DNA of 56,069 nt, taken from positions 1-56,069 of the forward strand of contig JAICJD010000003.1 of assembly GCA_025928645.1 (NCBI GenBank), written 5' to 3'. Source of the stretch: Gemmatimonadales bacterium (lineage in GTDB: Bacteria; Gemmatimonadota; Gemmatimonadetes; Gemmatimonadales; GWC2-71-9). The notes beneath the pieces were generated by a model. The model saw only the letters and a list, made by a program, of their open reading frames with translations, was not told the DNA's origin and did not search any database. Below, piece by piece: positions 1 to 9,860 of the stretch (its first letter is position 1; each line of letters opens with the position of its first letter). The translations under genes were made by a program, and so were the position numbers.

Positions 1-1390
1 CGTATTCCTCGACAGCGCCGCGGGCAACGCCGACGCGCACCCGCTGGGCCGCTACTCCTTCCTCACGGCCGACCCCGCGCGCGTGGTGCGGAGCAAGGGT
101 CCGGTCACCGAGACCGGCGGCCCCGGCCGGGCGTGGACCGCAGTCGGCAGCGACCCGCTGCTCGCCGTGCGCGACCTGCTGGCGCCGTTCGCGGCCGACC
201 CGGTGCCCGGGCTTCCGCCGTTCCAGGGCGGAGCGGCCGGCTACATCGGCTACGACTACGGGTCGGTGCTCGAGCGTCTTCCATCCCCGCGGTTCGACGA
301 CCTGGCCATTCCCGACGTTGTGCTCGGACTGTACGACTGGGTGATCGCCTGGGACCACCAAGTGGGCACCGCGTGGATCGTGTCGACCGGACTGCCCGAG
401 ACCGGCGAGGCCCGGCTCGCGAGGGCGCGGGAGCGGCTCGCGATGGTGCGGGCCCGGCTCACGGGACCGGATCGCCATGGGGCGTCGCGGCCGCGGGCGC
501 AGGCCCCCCCGGATATCGAGGCGCCCTCGTATCCGGTGCAGGGTGTCGAAGGCGCGGCCGGGACCGGCCTTCGGTCCACCTTCACCCACCGCGGCTATCT
601 CGACGCAGTGACCCGGGTGCGGGACTACATCGTCGCGGGCGACATCTTTCAGGCCAACCTCTCGCAACGGTTCCAGGCGCCGCTCACCGAGCCCGCCTTC
701 GCGCTCTACGGCCGGCTTCGCCGGCGCAACCCCGCCGCGTTCGCCGCGTATCTCGACACCGGTGAGCTGCAGGTCATGAGCGCGTCGCCCGAGCGGTTCC
801 TCCGGCTGGACGAGAGCGGCCGCCAGGTGGAGTCCCGTCCCATCAAGGGCACGCGGCCGCGGGGACTGGGCCCGATGCACGACGCCGCCCTGGGCCGGGC
901 GCTGACGGAGAGCGACAAGGACCGGGCGGAGAACGTGATGATCGTGGACCTGCTCCGCAACGATCTGTCGCGCGTGTGCCGGCCCGGGACGGTCAGGGTG
1001 CCCGAGCTGTTCGCGCTCGAGCAGCATCCGACGGTGCACCACCTCGTCTCGACGGTGGTGGGCGAGCTCGACCCGGCGGCCGACGCGGTGGACCTGCTCC
1101 GGGCCGCGTTCCCGGGCGGGTCGATCACCGGGGCCCCGAAGGTGCGGGCCATGGAGATCATCGCCGAGCTGGAGCCGACGCGGCGCGGCGTGTACTGCGG
1201 CTCGATCGGCTATCTCTCGACCACGGGCGCGCTGGACACGAGCATCGTCATCCGCACCTATCTGGCGCTCCGAGGCCGGGTATACTTCCAGGCGGGCGGC
1301 GGGATCGTGGCGGACTCCGATCCCGAGCTCGAGTACCGCGAAACCCTGGACAAGGCGCAGGCGCTCATCGCCGCGCTGGCCCGCCCATGA
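1..1390 (+). CDS. pabB: Aminodeoxychorismate synthase component I (5'-truncated by window edge)
   Basis: Frame is open from base 2 (VFLDS...GRYSF). Motifs PFQGGAAGYIGYD, SPERFL, PIKGT, ENVMIVDLLRND, FPGGSITGAPK. PIKGT rather than PIAGT favours PabB over TrpE. Confidence 0.9.
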   Translation, partial: VFLDSAAGNADAHPLGRYSFLTADPARVVRSKGPVTETGGPGRAWTAVGSDPLLAVRDLLAPFAADPVPGLPPFQGGAAGYIGYDYGSVLERLPSPRFDDLAIPDVVLGLYDWVIAWDHQVGTAWIVSTGLPETGEARLARARERLAMVRARLTGPDRHGASRPRAQAPPDIEAPSYPVQGVEGAAGTGLRSTFTHRGYLDAVTRVRDYIVAGDIFQANLSQRFQAPLTEPAFALYGRLRRRNPAAFAAYLDTGELQVMSASPERFLRLDESGRQVESRPIKGTRPRGLGPMHDAALGRALTESDKDRAENVMIVDLLRNDLSRVCRPGTVRVPELFALEQHPTVHHLVSTVVGELDPAADAVDLLRAAFPGGSITGAPKVRAMEIIAELEPTRRGVYCGSIGYLSTTGALDTSIVIRTYLALRGRVYFQAGGGIVADSDPELEYRETLDKAQALIAALARP

Positions 1391-2061
1391 TCCTGCTGCT
1401 CGACAACTACGATTCCTTCGTCTATAACCTGGCCCGCTACGTCCGCGAGCTCGGCGGGACGCCGGAGGTGCACCGGCACGACGCGCTCACGGTGGACGAC
1501 GTGGCCGCGATGGCGCCCTCGCACATCATCATCTCGCCGGGACCCTGCTCGCCCACCGAGGCGGGGATCTCCACCGAGCTGGTGCGCCGGCTGGGCGCCA
1601 CCGTGCCGATCCTCGGCGTCTGCCTGGGGCACCAGTGCATCGGCGCGGCCTACGGGGCGGAGATCGTCCGCGCCGGCCGGCCGATGCACGGCAAGACCTC
1701 GCTCATCCACCACAAGGGCGGCGGACTGTTCCACAGCCTGCCCAATCCGTTCCGGGCCACCCGGTACCACTCGCTCGTCGTCGCGCCGGCGTCGGTGCCG
1801 CCCGAGCTCGAGGTGCTCGCCACCTCGGAGGACGGCGAGATCATGGCGGTGCGGCACGTGCGGCATCCGGTGCACGGCCTCCAGTTCCACCCCGAGTCGG
1901 TCCTGACCGAGCACGGCTACCGGCTGGTGGACCACTTCCTCCATGGCGTGCCCCGGGCGCCACGGACGGTTCCGCTGGCGGCCGACGGCGCGCTGGTGCC
2001 GGCGGGAGCGGGCCCGGGCACCCTGACATCGAACCCGCCGCCGGTGGACCTGGTGCGGTGA
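1387..2061 (+). CDS. pabA: Glutamine amidotransferase, ADC/anthranilate synthase component II
   Basis: MILLLDNYDSF, SPGP, GVCLGHQ, RYHSL, QFHPES. ATGA overlap with pabB. Confidence 0.9.
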   Translation: MILLLDNYDSFVYNLARYVRELGGTPEVHRHDALTVDDVAAMAPSHIIISPGPCSPTEAGISTELVRRLGATVPILGVCLGHQCIGAAYGAEIVRAGRPMHGKTSLIHHKGGGLFHSLPNPFRATRYHSLVVAPASVPPELEVLATSEDGEIMAVRHVRHPVHGLQFHPESVLTEHGYRLVDHFLHGVPRAPRTVPLAADGALVPAGAGPGTLTSNPPPVDLVR

Positions 2062-2603
2062 TCATCGAATGCATCGTGACCACGATGGCGCCCGACGGCG
2101 CGATCAACTTCGCGCCCATGGGCGTCGACTGGGGCGATGAGGTCATCGTCCTCAAGCCGTTTCTGGAGACCACCACCTTCCGGAACGTGCGGGCCGGCCG
2201 AGCGGCGGTCGTCAACCTCACCGACGACGTGATGCTGTTCGCGCAGGGGGCCATCTCGAGCCCGCAGTATCCCTGGACGCCGGCGGCGGTCGTGCGGGGC
2301 GCGGTGCTCGAGGCCGCATGTTCGTGGCGGGAGCTGGAGGTCGTGTCGATCGACGACACGCCCCCCCGGTCCCGGATCGAGGCCCGCGTGGTGCATCACG
2401 GCACCCGGCGAGAGTTCATCGGGTTCAACCGCGCGCGGCACGCGGTCCTCGAGGCGGCCATCCTGGCGACGCGGACCCACCTCATCCCGGCCGATGAGAT
2501 CCAGGCGGAGTTCGGGCGCCTGCAGGTGATCGTGGACAAGACGGCGGGCCCGAGGGAGCGGGAGGCGATGGCGCTCCTCACCGACCATGTCCGCGCCCGG
2601 TAG
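2058..2603 (+). CDS. DUF447 family protein (methanopterin cluster-associated)
   Basis: GTG start overlaps the pabA stop. IIECIVTT...NFAPMGV...KPF...GFNRARHAVLEAAILATR resembles DUF447. Adjacent to mptG. Confidence 0.75.
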   Translation: MIIECIVTTMAPDGAINFAPMGVDWGDEVIVLKPFLETTTFRNVRAGRAAVVNLTDDVMLFAQGAISSPQYPWTPAAVVRGAVLEAACSWRELEVVSIDDTPPRSRIEARVVHHGTRREFIGFNRARHAVLEAAILATRTHLIPADEIQAEFGRLQVIVDKTAGPREREAMALLTDHVRAR

Positions 2604-3564
2604 CGTCTTCGTCGAGGCCGCGGCGAGGCTGCACTTCGGCGTGCTGGACCTGCGTGGATCGCTCGGTCGTCGGTTCGGCGGGCTGGGCGCGGCGGTGCCG
2701 GCGCCCTCGCTCCTGCTCGAGGCGGCGCGGGAGCCCGGGGTGAGCGCGGAGGGGCCCGACGCCGAGCGGGTGGCGGCGTTCGCGACCCGCTTTCTCGAGG
2801 GCAAGGGTCTCACGGGGGGCGCCCGCTTCACGGTACACCGCACCATCCCGGCGCACAGCGGATTGGGCTCAGGCACGCAGCTCGGGCTCGCGGTGGGCCG
2901 CGCGCTGGCCGAGCTCTACGCTCTGCCGGTCGATCCGGTGGATCTGGCCAGAGCCGTCGGCCGCGGCCGCCGCTCGGCGATCGGCACCTGGACATTCGCG
3001 CTAGGGGGCTTCATTGTCGAAGGTGGCCGCCGTCCCGGGTCGGACGCGATCTCCCCCTTGCTCGCCAGATTCGCGATGCCCGAGCGCTGGCGGTGCGTCG
3101 TCGCGGTGCCCGACGGGGCGCCCGGTCTGAGCGGCGAAGCGGAGGCCGCCGCGTTCGAGCGGATGCCGGCGCCGCCCGAGCGCGAGGTCGAGCGCGTGGC
3201 CCATCTGGTTCTGATGCAGCTGCTCCCGGGGCTGGCGGAGGCGGACCTCGTGAGCTTCGGGGCGGCGCTCACGGAGATCCAGCGGATCACCGGGGCCTGG
3301 TTCTCGAGCGCCCAGGGCGGCGCCTTCGCGCCCGGCCCTTCCTCGACCCTGGTGCGGCGGATGGTCGAATGGGGCGCGGCCGGCGTGGGCCAGAGCTCCT
3401 GGGGGCCCGCGGTATACGGGATCGTCGCGGATGCCGCGGAAGGGCGCGACCTCGCGCGCCGCGCCGCCGCCCTGCTGGGCGACGCGGGCCGGGTTTTCGA
3501 GGGCGGATTTGCACGCGCCGGCGCCCGGATCTGGCGAACGGAAACGGCCGGAATTCGTGATTGA
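2587..3564 (+). CDS. mptG: Beta-ribofuranosylaminobenzene 5'-phosphate (RFAP) synthase, GHMP fold
   Basis: ARLHFG, IPAHSGLGSGTQ, RSAIG...GGFIVEGG and GQSSWGP motifs. Follows the pABA synthesis genes. Confidence 0.85.
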   Translation: MSAPGSVFVEAAARLHFGVLDLRGSLGRRFGGLGAAVPAPSLLLEAAREPGVSAEGPDAERVAAFATRFLEGKGLTGGARFTVHRTIPAHSGLGSGTQLGLAVGRALAELYALPVDPVDLARAVGRGRRSAIGTWTFALGGFIVEGGRRPGSDAISPLLARFAMPERWRCVVAVPDGAPGLSGEAEAAAFERMPAPPEREVERVAHLVLMQLLPGLAEADLVSFGAALTEIQRITGAWFSSAQGGAFAPGPSSTLVRRMVEWGAAGVGQSSWGPAVYGIVADAAEGRDLARRAAALLGDAGRVFEGGFARAGARIWRTETAGIRD

Positions 3565-3589
3565 CAGTTCATTTTGCACGATGTATACT
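3561..3589 (+). promoter_or_regulatory. Sigma70-type promoter upstream of the xoxF leader
   Basis: TTGACA (3561-3566), 17-nt spacer, TATACT (3584-3589): near-consensus in GC-rich DNA. The -35 overlaps the mptG stop codon. Confidence 0.75.
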
Positions 3590-4280
3590 GGCCCCTCTAA
3601 GCCTCCCGCAGTCGGCGACTTGGCTGACCTTGACGATCGTAGTGCCGCGCCCGACTGATCCGGGACCGCCCCGCGTCCTTCGGGCGGAAGCATGAGAGAT
3701 TATTCAGGCGGCGGAATATTTCGGCGCCTCCCCAACTGCAGTTCTTTAACCAGCACAACGTGGGTCAGCGGCGACGCTGAGGGGTGAGATGGGCTTGTTC
3801 CCGTTCGCTTCCACGGTTGGCACGATGTGGTATTCCTGGTGGCCCGACGCGCTCGCGCCCTCGGGCCCCGTGCTGCGCCGTGTCTCCCTCCGTTCGCCCT
3901 TCGGTTGGTTCCGTCCCTCCTTCAGTTTTGCCTCGTGCCTGACGACAGCCCGGTGCCCTGACGCCGTGGCGCGCCCCGCGGGCATCCACGGCGGCGTCTC
4001 GAGGCGTACTTCAGGGCAAACCCTCTCCCGCAGCGAGCACGGGGACCGCGCGATGGCCGAGCGGAGTCCACCGTCATCGCTCCGGCCGCCCTGCTAGTCG
4101 CAGGTCGCGCCGCCGGTCGGCACGAGCGGGACTCGAGCCCAGTCGCCGTCTCCGCCGTCCGGCAGGCGCAGCATGCAGGGGCAGCATGCATCGGCAGCAC
4201 GCGTCACCCGGCAGCACAGTCCGCACGTGGCAACGGAATGCAGTAGAGCAGTAGAACCACCCTTCATCCTGAGGTCAGTT

Positions 4281-6164
4281 ATGAACCGTTTTACGCAGAA
4301 GGTGCTGTCCGGCGGCATCGCGGCGGGGCTGAGTTTGGCCGTCGCGGGGTCCGCCAGCGCCCAGGCAGCGCGTTCAGGGGCTTGGACCCTGAATGCGAAA
4401 GAGGGCGAGTGGACGATGACCGGGCGCGATTACAGCTTGCAGCGTTTCAGTCCGCTCAAGCAGATCACGACCTCGAACGTCGCCGAGCTGCGGCCCGTCT
4501 GGTCGTTCTCGACCGGCACGCTGCGCGGCCATGAGGGCAATCCGCTCGTCATCGGGACCACGATGTACGTCAACACGTCCTTCCCGAACATCGTGTATGC
4601 GCTCGATCTCTCGAAGCCGGGCGCCCCGCAGATCTGGAAGTACGTGCCCAACCAGTCGCCCGACGCGATTCCAATCGCGTGCTGCGACCTGGTGAACCGC
4701 GGCACCGCCTACAGCCCGAGCGGGAAGATCTACATCCAGGCGCTGCAGGGTGAGCTCATCGCCCTCGACGCCAAGAGCGGCAAGGAGCTGTGGAAGGCCA
4801 AGCACCCGGATCACTCCAACGCCGGCGTCGAGGCCAACGGCTACAAGCAGGGCGCCACGATGACCAACGCCCCGATCTACATCAAGAGCAAGTCGGGCAA
4901 GGAAATGGTCATCATGGGGATCTCCGGCGGTGAGTTCGGCGTGCGCGGCCGGGTGACGGCGGTCGACGCCAACACCGGCGAGCACCTGTGGACCGCCTAC
5001 AGCACGGGCCCGGACAACGAAGTCCTCATCGACGGCGACGCGAACGCGAACTATCCGTCGCACAAGGGCAAGGACCTCGGCGTCTCGACCTGGCAGGGCG
5101 ACGAGTGGAAGCGCGGCGGCGGCACCACCTGGGGCTGGTACTCCTACGACCCGGACTCCGACACCTACTACTACAGCGTCGGCAACCCGGGCACGTGGAA
5201 CCCCGACCAGCGGCCGGGCGACAACAAGTGGTCGATGACCATCTTCGCACGTAACCCGGACAACGGGCATGCGAAGTGGGCCTATCAGATGACCCCCCAC
5301 GATGAGTGGGACTATGACGGTGTGAACGAGAACGTGCTGTTCGAGAACGGCGGCAAGAAGCTGCTCGCCCACTTCGACCGGAACGGCATCGGCTACACCG
5401 TCGATCGCACCAACGGCAAGGTCCTCGTGGCCAACGCGTTCGGCCCGATCAACTGGGCCAAGAGCGGCGGCACGGGCACCCCGGTCGAGGGCGTGGTCGA
5501 GACCGGCGTCCCGGTGAAGGATCCGAAGTACGGCACCTCCTCGAAGAAGAACGGCGAGGGCATCTGCCCGGCCGCCATCGGCTTCAAGGATCAGCAGCCG
5601 TCGGCGTACTCGCCGATGACCGGCATGTTCTACGTCCCGACGAACCACATCTGCATGGACTATGAGGGCGTCGAGGTGAAGTACACGGCCGGCCAGCCGT
5701 ACGTCGGCGCGATCGTGCGGATGTTCCCGGGCCCGGGCGGCAACCGTGGCCGGTTCATCTCGTGGGATCCGATGAAGGGCAAGGTCAACTGGGAGATCAA
5801 GGAGAACCTGGCCGCGTACGGTGGCGCGCTCACCACGGCCGGTGGCCTGGTCTTCTACGGCACCATGGAGGGCTGGCTCAAGGGCGTCGACCAGAAGAGC
5901 GGCAAGGTCCTCTGGCAGTTCAAGACCCCCTCGGGCATCATCGGCAACCCGATGAGCTATCTCGGGCCGGACGGCCAGCAGTACATCGCCGTCTACTCGG
6001 GCATCGGCGGCTGGGCCGGTATCGGCGTGGCCGCGGGCATCGGGGCGGAAGACCCGACCGCCGGTCTCGGCGCGCTCGGCGCCTTCGGCGACGCCGGCCA
6101 GTTCAGCAACCAGGGCGGCGTCATGACCGTGTTCGGGCTCAAGAACATGGCGATGGGCAAGTAG
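4281..6164 (+). CDS. xoxF: Lanthanide-dependent PQQ methanol dehydrogenase
   Basis: ATG 4281 follows GAGG. Signal peptide, vicinal ACCDLVNRG, GGEFGVRG, GNPGTWN, and WDYDGVNE with the extra Ln-binding Asp (MxaF has WDYAG). No mxaI follows. Confidence 0.92.
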   Translation: MNRFTQKVLSGGIAAGLSLAVAGSASAQAARSGAWTLNAKEGEWTMTGRDYSLQRFSPLKQITTSNVAELRPVWSFSTGTLRGHEGNPLVIGTTMYVNTSFPNIVYALDLSKPGAPQIWKYVPNQSPDAIPIACCDLVNRGTAYSPSGKIYIQALQGELIALDAKSGKELWKAKHPDHSNAGVEANGYKQGATMTNAPIYIKSKSGKEMVIMGISGGEFGVRGRVTAVDANTGEHLWTAYSTGPDNEVLIDGDANANYPSHKGKDLGVSTWQGDEWKRGGGTTWGWYSYDPDSDTYYYSVGNPGTWNPDQRPGDNKWSMTIFARNPDNGHAKWAYQMTPHDEWDYDGVNENVLFENGGKKLLAHFDRNGIGYTVDRTNGKVLVANAFGPINWAKSGGTGTPVEGVVETGVPVKDPKYGTSSKKNGEGICPAAIGFKDQQPSAYSPMTGMFYVPTNHICMDYEGVEVKYTAGQPYVGAIVRMFPGPGGNRGRFISWDPMKGKVNWEIKENLAAYGGALTTAGGLVFYGTMEGWLKGVDQKSGKVLWQFKTPSGIIGNPMSYLGPDGQQYIAVYSGIGGWAGIGVAAGIGAEDPTAGLGALGAFGDAGQFSNQGGVMTVFGLKNMAMGK

Positions 6165-6183
6165 CACCGCCGGACCCCGCGGC

Positions 6184-6273
6184 GGCCGGAGGGAGTAGCC
6201 TCCGGCCCCGAGGGGGGTAGATTACGAAGTGAGCACGGCGCCGGGGCGCGGTCAGCTCCGGCGCCGTGGTCTT
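6184..6273 (+). terminator. Two intercistronic hairpins after xoxF (partial terminator or mRNA stabiliser)
   Basis: GGCCGGAGG/CCTCCGGCC at 6184-6207; CACGGCGCCGGGGC/GCTCCGGCGCCGTG at 6234-6268 followed by GTCTTT. Confidence 0.45.
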
Positions 6274-6296
6274 TCGGACTCGACAAGGATGCTACG

Positions 6297-7214
6297 ATGT
6301 CGCGACAAGCTCATTGGACGTGGATGCTTCTTGTGGCGGGCGGCGGGCTTCTCTGGGCCGCGCCGGCCAGTGCCCAACGTCCCGCTCCGCTTACCGCCGG
6401 CCTGCTGCGGGTTTGCGCCGATCCCGACAACATGCCCTTCTCCAACCAGAAGGGCGAAGGCTACGAGAACAAGATCGCCGAGCTCATCACAAAGACGTGG
6501 GACTCGAAGCTCGAATACGTGTGGTGGCCGATACGCCGGGGCTACTATCGCATGCTGAACGGCACCTATTGCGATCTCGTGATCGAGTCGCCCGCCGGGC
6601 TCGACATGGCGGGGACCACCAAGCCGTATTACCGGTCGGGCTACGCGTTCGTGAGCCGGAAGGGCAGCGGCCTCGAGGACATCAACTCGCTGGATGATCC
6701 CCGGCTCAAGAAGCTCAAGATCGGGGTCAATCTGTTCGTGTCCTCCGACGGCGAGCATTCCCCACCGGAGATGGCCCTCAGCCAGCACGGCGTCGTCGGC
6801 AACCTCAAGGGCTACAACGTCTCGTACGACGAAAACATCCGGCCCGAGGACATCATCAACGGGGTCGCGAAGAAGGATGTGGATGTGGCGATCGTGTGGG
6901 GGCCCATGGCCGGATACTTCGTGAAGCGGTCACAGGTACCGCTGGTGCTCACGCCGATTGCGGTCGCGGTGGATTCGGTAAGCGGCTTCCCCATGCAATA
7001 CAACATCGGCATGGCGCTCCGCCGGCGGGACCACGAGCTGCGCGACAGCCTGAATACCTTTCTGGACCGGCACCAGTCGGAAATCCAGGCTCTGCTGAGA
7101 GAATATTCGGTCCCGACCACTCCTATCGTGCAGGAAAAGAAGGAAGGGGAGAAGTCCAGCGCGGAAACGCCGAATCCCGCAGCCGATTCCGCCAAGGTCG
7201 CCGGACGACACTAG
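6297..7214 (+). CDS. xoxJ: MxaJ/XoxJ-type periplasmic binding protein
   Basis: Signal peptide, LRVCADPDNMPFSN...GYENKIAE, TTKPYYRS, DVAIVWGP. Directly after xoxF. Confidence 0.88.
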   Translation: MSRQAHWTWMLLVAGGGLLWAAPASAQRPAPLTAGLLRVCADPDNMPFSNQKGEGYENKIAELITKTWDSKLEYVWWPIRRGYYRMLNGTYCDLVIESPAGLDMAGTTKPYYRSGYAFVSRKGSGLEDINSLDDPRLKKLKIGVNLFVSSDGEHSPPEMALSQHGVVGNLKGYNVSYDENIRPEDIINGVAKKDVDVAIVWGPMAGYFVKRSQVPLVLTPIAVAVDSVSGFPMQYNIGMALRRRDHELRDSLNTFLDRHQSEIQALLREYSVPTTPIVQEKKEGEKSSAETPNPAADSAKVAGRH

Positions 7215-7312
7215 GGTCCGCGAAGCCTCTGGCACGACGTATTCAACTCTCGAAGCCGCTGGCCATGGTCGGCCGGAGCCTACCCTCTCTCACGAAAGGA
7301 CTCCGTCAGCGC

Positions 7313-7750
7313 ATGCGTTCGTCTCTCTCCGCTGTCCGCCTGCTCATGCTTGGCGCGTGGGTCGCCGCCGGTGCCGCTACCGTGAGCACCCGCGCCGAGG
7401 CCCAGGAGCTCCGTGACGCCTACCACCATGCCCCGCGCGATACCGTGGACCAGGCCACCTACGACGGCTGGAAGCAGTTCAACCTCAACTGCGCCCGCTG
7501 CCACGGGGAGGACGCCCTGGGCACGACGATCGCGCCGCACCTCATCATGTCGCTCAAGCCGGACGGCCCGATCAACACCAAGGAGCTGTTCGTGCAGACG
7601 GTGTGCGCCGGGCGGCCCGCCAAGGGGATGCCCTCGTGGTGCGCCCTCGGCCTCGATATGAACAAGATCAACGACATCTATCTGTACGTGAAAGGACGGA
7701 GCGACGCAAAGCTCTCCCCGGGCCGACCAGCGCTCAAACCCGCGGGCTGA
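7313..7750 (+). CDS. Monoheme c-type cytochrome, likely XoxF electron acceptor (XoxG equivalent)
   Basis: AAAGGA RBS, signal peptide, CARCH heme motif, distal GMP Met, and position in the operon. Confidence 0.8.
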   Translation: MRSSLSAVRLLMLGAWVAAGAATVSTRAEAQELRDAYHHAPRDTVDQATYDGWKQFNLNCARCHGEDALGTTIAPHLIMSLKPDGPINTKELFVQTVCAGRPAKGMPSWCALGLDMNKINDIYLYVKGRSDAKLSPGRPALKPAG

Positions 7751-7773
7751 CCCCGCTCCTCCTCCCTTCCCGA

Positions 7774-7806
7774 CGGGACCGCCCAGCGCGGTCCCGCCGG
7801 CGTTTT
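7774..7806 (+). terminator. Hairpin after the cytochrome gene
   Basis: CGGGACCGC/GCGGTCCCG stem, with TTTT shortly after. Confidence 0.4.
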
Positions 7807-7900
7807 CGGGGGCCTTCCGTTGGCCAACCGCCCGAACCACCCCTATGTTGCCGGAAGGCGGCGGCGAACGCCGGCGCCCGACCTCGAACCCGGGTTCGCC

Positions 7901-8788
7901 ATGTCGACCCTCGCGCCGGTTCTTCGCTGGTATCACGTCGGCGTCACGCTCGCGCTGGCGGCCGTGGCGCCGGTGAGCTCCGCCCGGGCAGCGGGTCCGG
8001 CCGGCCCGGACGACGCGATCCGGGCAGCCGCGCAGCCCGCCGACTCCCCCGCGGTGCGTCTTACCGTGGCCCAGCTCAAGGCTCGCCTGGCCGCCGCCAC
8101 GCAGAGCGCGCCGGCCGATCTCTCGAATACCGACCTGAGCGGGCTGGACCTCACCAAGCTCGACTTCAAGCACGCGACGCTCACTGGCGCCACGCTCGCC
8201 AACAGCAAGCTGGCCGGCGCGAACCTGTTCTCGTGCGACCTCACCGGCGCCAACCTGAGCGGCGCCGACCTGTCGCACGCGAACCTCGACGGCACCGTGC
8301 TCCGCCGCGCCGACCTGCAGCGCGCCAACCTTCAGGGGGCGAGCCTGTTCGCCACGATCATCGAGGGCGCGGACCTGCGCGGGGCCAACTTGTCGGGCAC
8401 TCGCGTCATCGGCTATCTCCGGAGCGCGAAGCTGGCCGGCGCGATCATGCGCGACGCCAACATGGGCGCCGACCCCAGCAATCAGTCGATGGGAGTGATG
8501 CGCGCCACGTTCGTCGGCGCCGATCTGACCGGCGCGGACCTCACCGGCACCAACCTGTACAAGGCGGACCTTTCGCACGCGACGCTCGCCAAGGCTCGCC
8601 TGGTCCGGGCCACGCTCAGCAACGCCGAGCTGGTCCAGACCGATCTCACCCATGCCGATCTGACCGGCGCCAAGCTGGACAAGGCCAATCTGGACGGCGC
8701 AGACTTCACCGGGGCCGTCGGGCTGGACCAGGTTCAGGGTCTGGCCGAGGCGCGCAACCGAGACAAGGCAACCTTCGATGCCAAGTAA
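7901..8788 (+). CDS. Exported pentapeptide-repeat protein
   Basis: N-terminal hydrophobic signal, long A(D/N)LxG-type pentapeptide repeats and a GADPSNQSMG loop. Such proteins are known neighbours of PQQ dehydrogenases. Start is approximate. Confidence 0.85.
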   Translation: MSTLAPVLRWYHVGVTLALAAVAPVSSARAAGPAGPDDAIRAAAQPADSPAVRLTVAQLKARLAAATQSAPADLSNTDLSGLDLTKLDFKHATLTGATLANSKLAGANLFSCDLTGANLSGADLSHANLDGTVLRRADLQRANLQGASLFATIIEGADLRGANLSGTRVIGYLRSAKLAGAIMRDANMGADPSNQSMGVMRATFVGADLTGADLTGTNLYKADLSHATLAKARLVRATLSNAELVQTDLTHADLTGAKLDKANLDGADFTGAVGLDQVQGLAEARNRDKATFDAK

Positions 8789-9860
8789 GATCCCTTCCTT
8801 CGCCCTCATCCTGCTCGCCGCCGCGTGCGGCCGGGGCGAGACTGCCCGACCCGCCGCCGATTCGTCGGCCACGCCCGGCTCGGTCGCGGGCCCGCAGGAG
8901 AGCGGGCTGCTCGCCTACGTCACCAACGAGGGCTCGGAGGAACTTTCGATCATCAACACCGGTACCGACAGCGTCGTGGCCACGATCCCCGTGGGCACCC
9001 GTCCGCGGGGCCTCCGAGTGAGTTCGGACGGGAAGACCATCTTCGTCGCGCTGAGCGGCAGCCCTCGCTGCCCGCCGACCATGCCCGACGAGGAATGCGA
9101 GAAGCTCAAAGCCGACAAGTCGAAGGACGGCGTGGCCGTGGTGGACGCCGCCGCCCGCAAGGTGTCGCGGGTGCTCCCCGGCGGCTCCGACCCCGAGGCG
9201 TTCGATATCAGCAAGGACGGCGGCACGCTCTACGTCTCGAACGAAGACGCGGGCACCGCCTCGATCGTGGACGTGGCGAGCGGGAAGATCCGGGCGACGG
9301 TCCCGGTCGGCACCGAGCCCGAGGGTGTGGAGGTGACGCCCGACGGCAAGCAGGTGTGGGTGACGGGCGAGACCGCGCACAACGTCACCATCCTCGACGC
9401 CGGGTCGGGCAAGGTGCTCGGCAGGGTCGAGGTCGGGAAGCGGCCGCGCTCGGTCGCGTTCACCCCCGACGGGGCCCGCGCCTACGTGCCGTGCGAGGTG
9501 GACGGCACCGTGTGGGTGGTCGACGTCCGCGCGCGGAAGAAGGTCGCGGTGCTCACGATGCCCAAGGATTCGAAGCCCATGGGCTCGGCGATGTCTCCCG
9601 ACGGCCGGCGGGTGTACGTCTCCACCGGCCGGGGCGGCGCCGTGGCCGCCATCGACGTGGCGTCCGACTCGATCGCGGCGGTCGTGCCGGTGGGGCAGCG
9701 GCCCTGGGGCATCGCCCTCACGCCTGACGGGAAGACCCTGTACACCGCCAACGGACCGTCCAACGACGTGAGCGTCGTGGACACCGACAGCATGAAGGTC
9801 CGCCAGAAGATCCCGGTCGGGAAGCTTCCGTGGGGCGTCGCAATCGGCGAGGCGCCGTGA
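8778..9860 (+). CDS. YVTN beta-propeller lipoprotein (PQQ-catabolism-associated type)
   Basis: Lipobox LAAAC, YVTNE, and repeated TPDG/(I/V)PVGxxP blades. Confidence 0.85.
   Translation: MPSKIPSFALILLAAACGRGETARPAADSSATPGSVAGPQESGLLAYVTNEGSEELSIINTGTDSVVATIPVGTRPRGLRVSSDGKTIFVALSGSPRCPPTMPDEECEKLKADKSKDGVAVVDAAARKVSRVLPGGSDPEAFDISKDGGTLYVSNEDAGTASIVDVASGKIRATVPVGTEPEGVEVTPDGKQVWVTGETAHNVTILDAGSGKVLGRVEVGKRPRSVAFTPDGARAYVPCEVDGTVWVVDVRARKKVAVLTMPKDSKPMGSAMSPDGRRVYVSTGRGGAVAAIDVASDSIAAVVPVGQRPWGIALTPDGKTLYTANGPSNDVSVVDTDSMKVRQKIPVGKLPWGVAIGEAP

Noticed and set aside
3692-3787. 31-aa ORF in the xoxF leader as PqqA
   Set aside because: No ExxxY motif and no pqq genes nearby.
4012-4093. Canonical c-di-GMP-I riboswitch
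   Set aside because: Lacks the GNRA tetraloop/receptor and GCAAAG. Kept only as an unassigned RNA candidate.
4281-6164. Ca-dependent mxaF
   Set aside because: Has DYD rather than DYA, and no mxaI follows.
4374-6167. Long antisense or alternate-frame ORFs (also 7280-8872, 11235-13451, 28982-30757, 40224-41924, 50119-52134)
   Set aside because: Shadow ORFs expected in GC-rich DNA; they carry no motifs and overlap well-supported genes.
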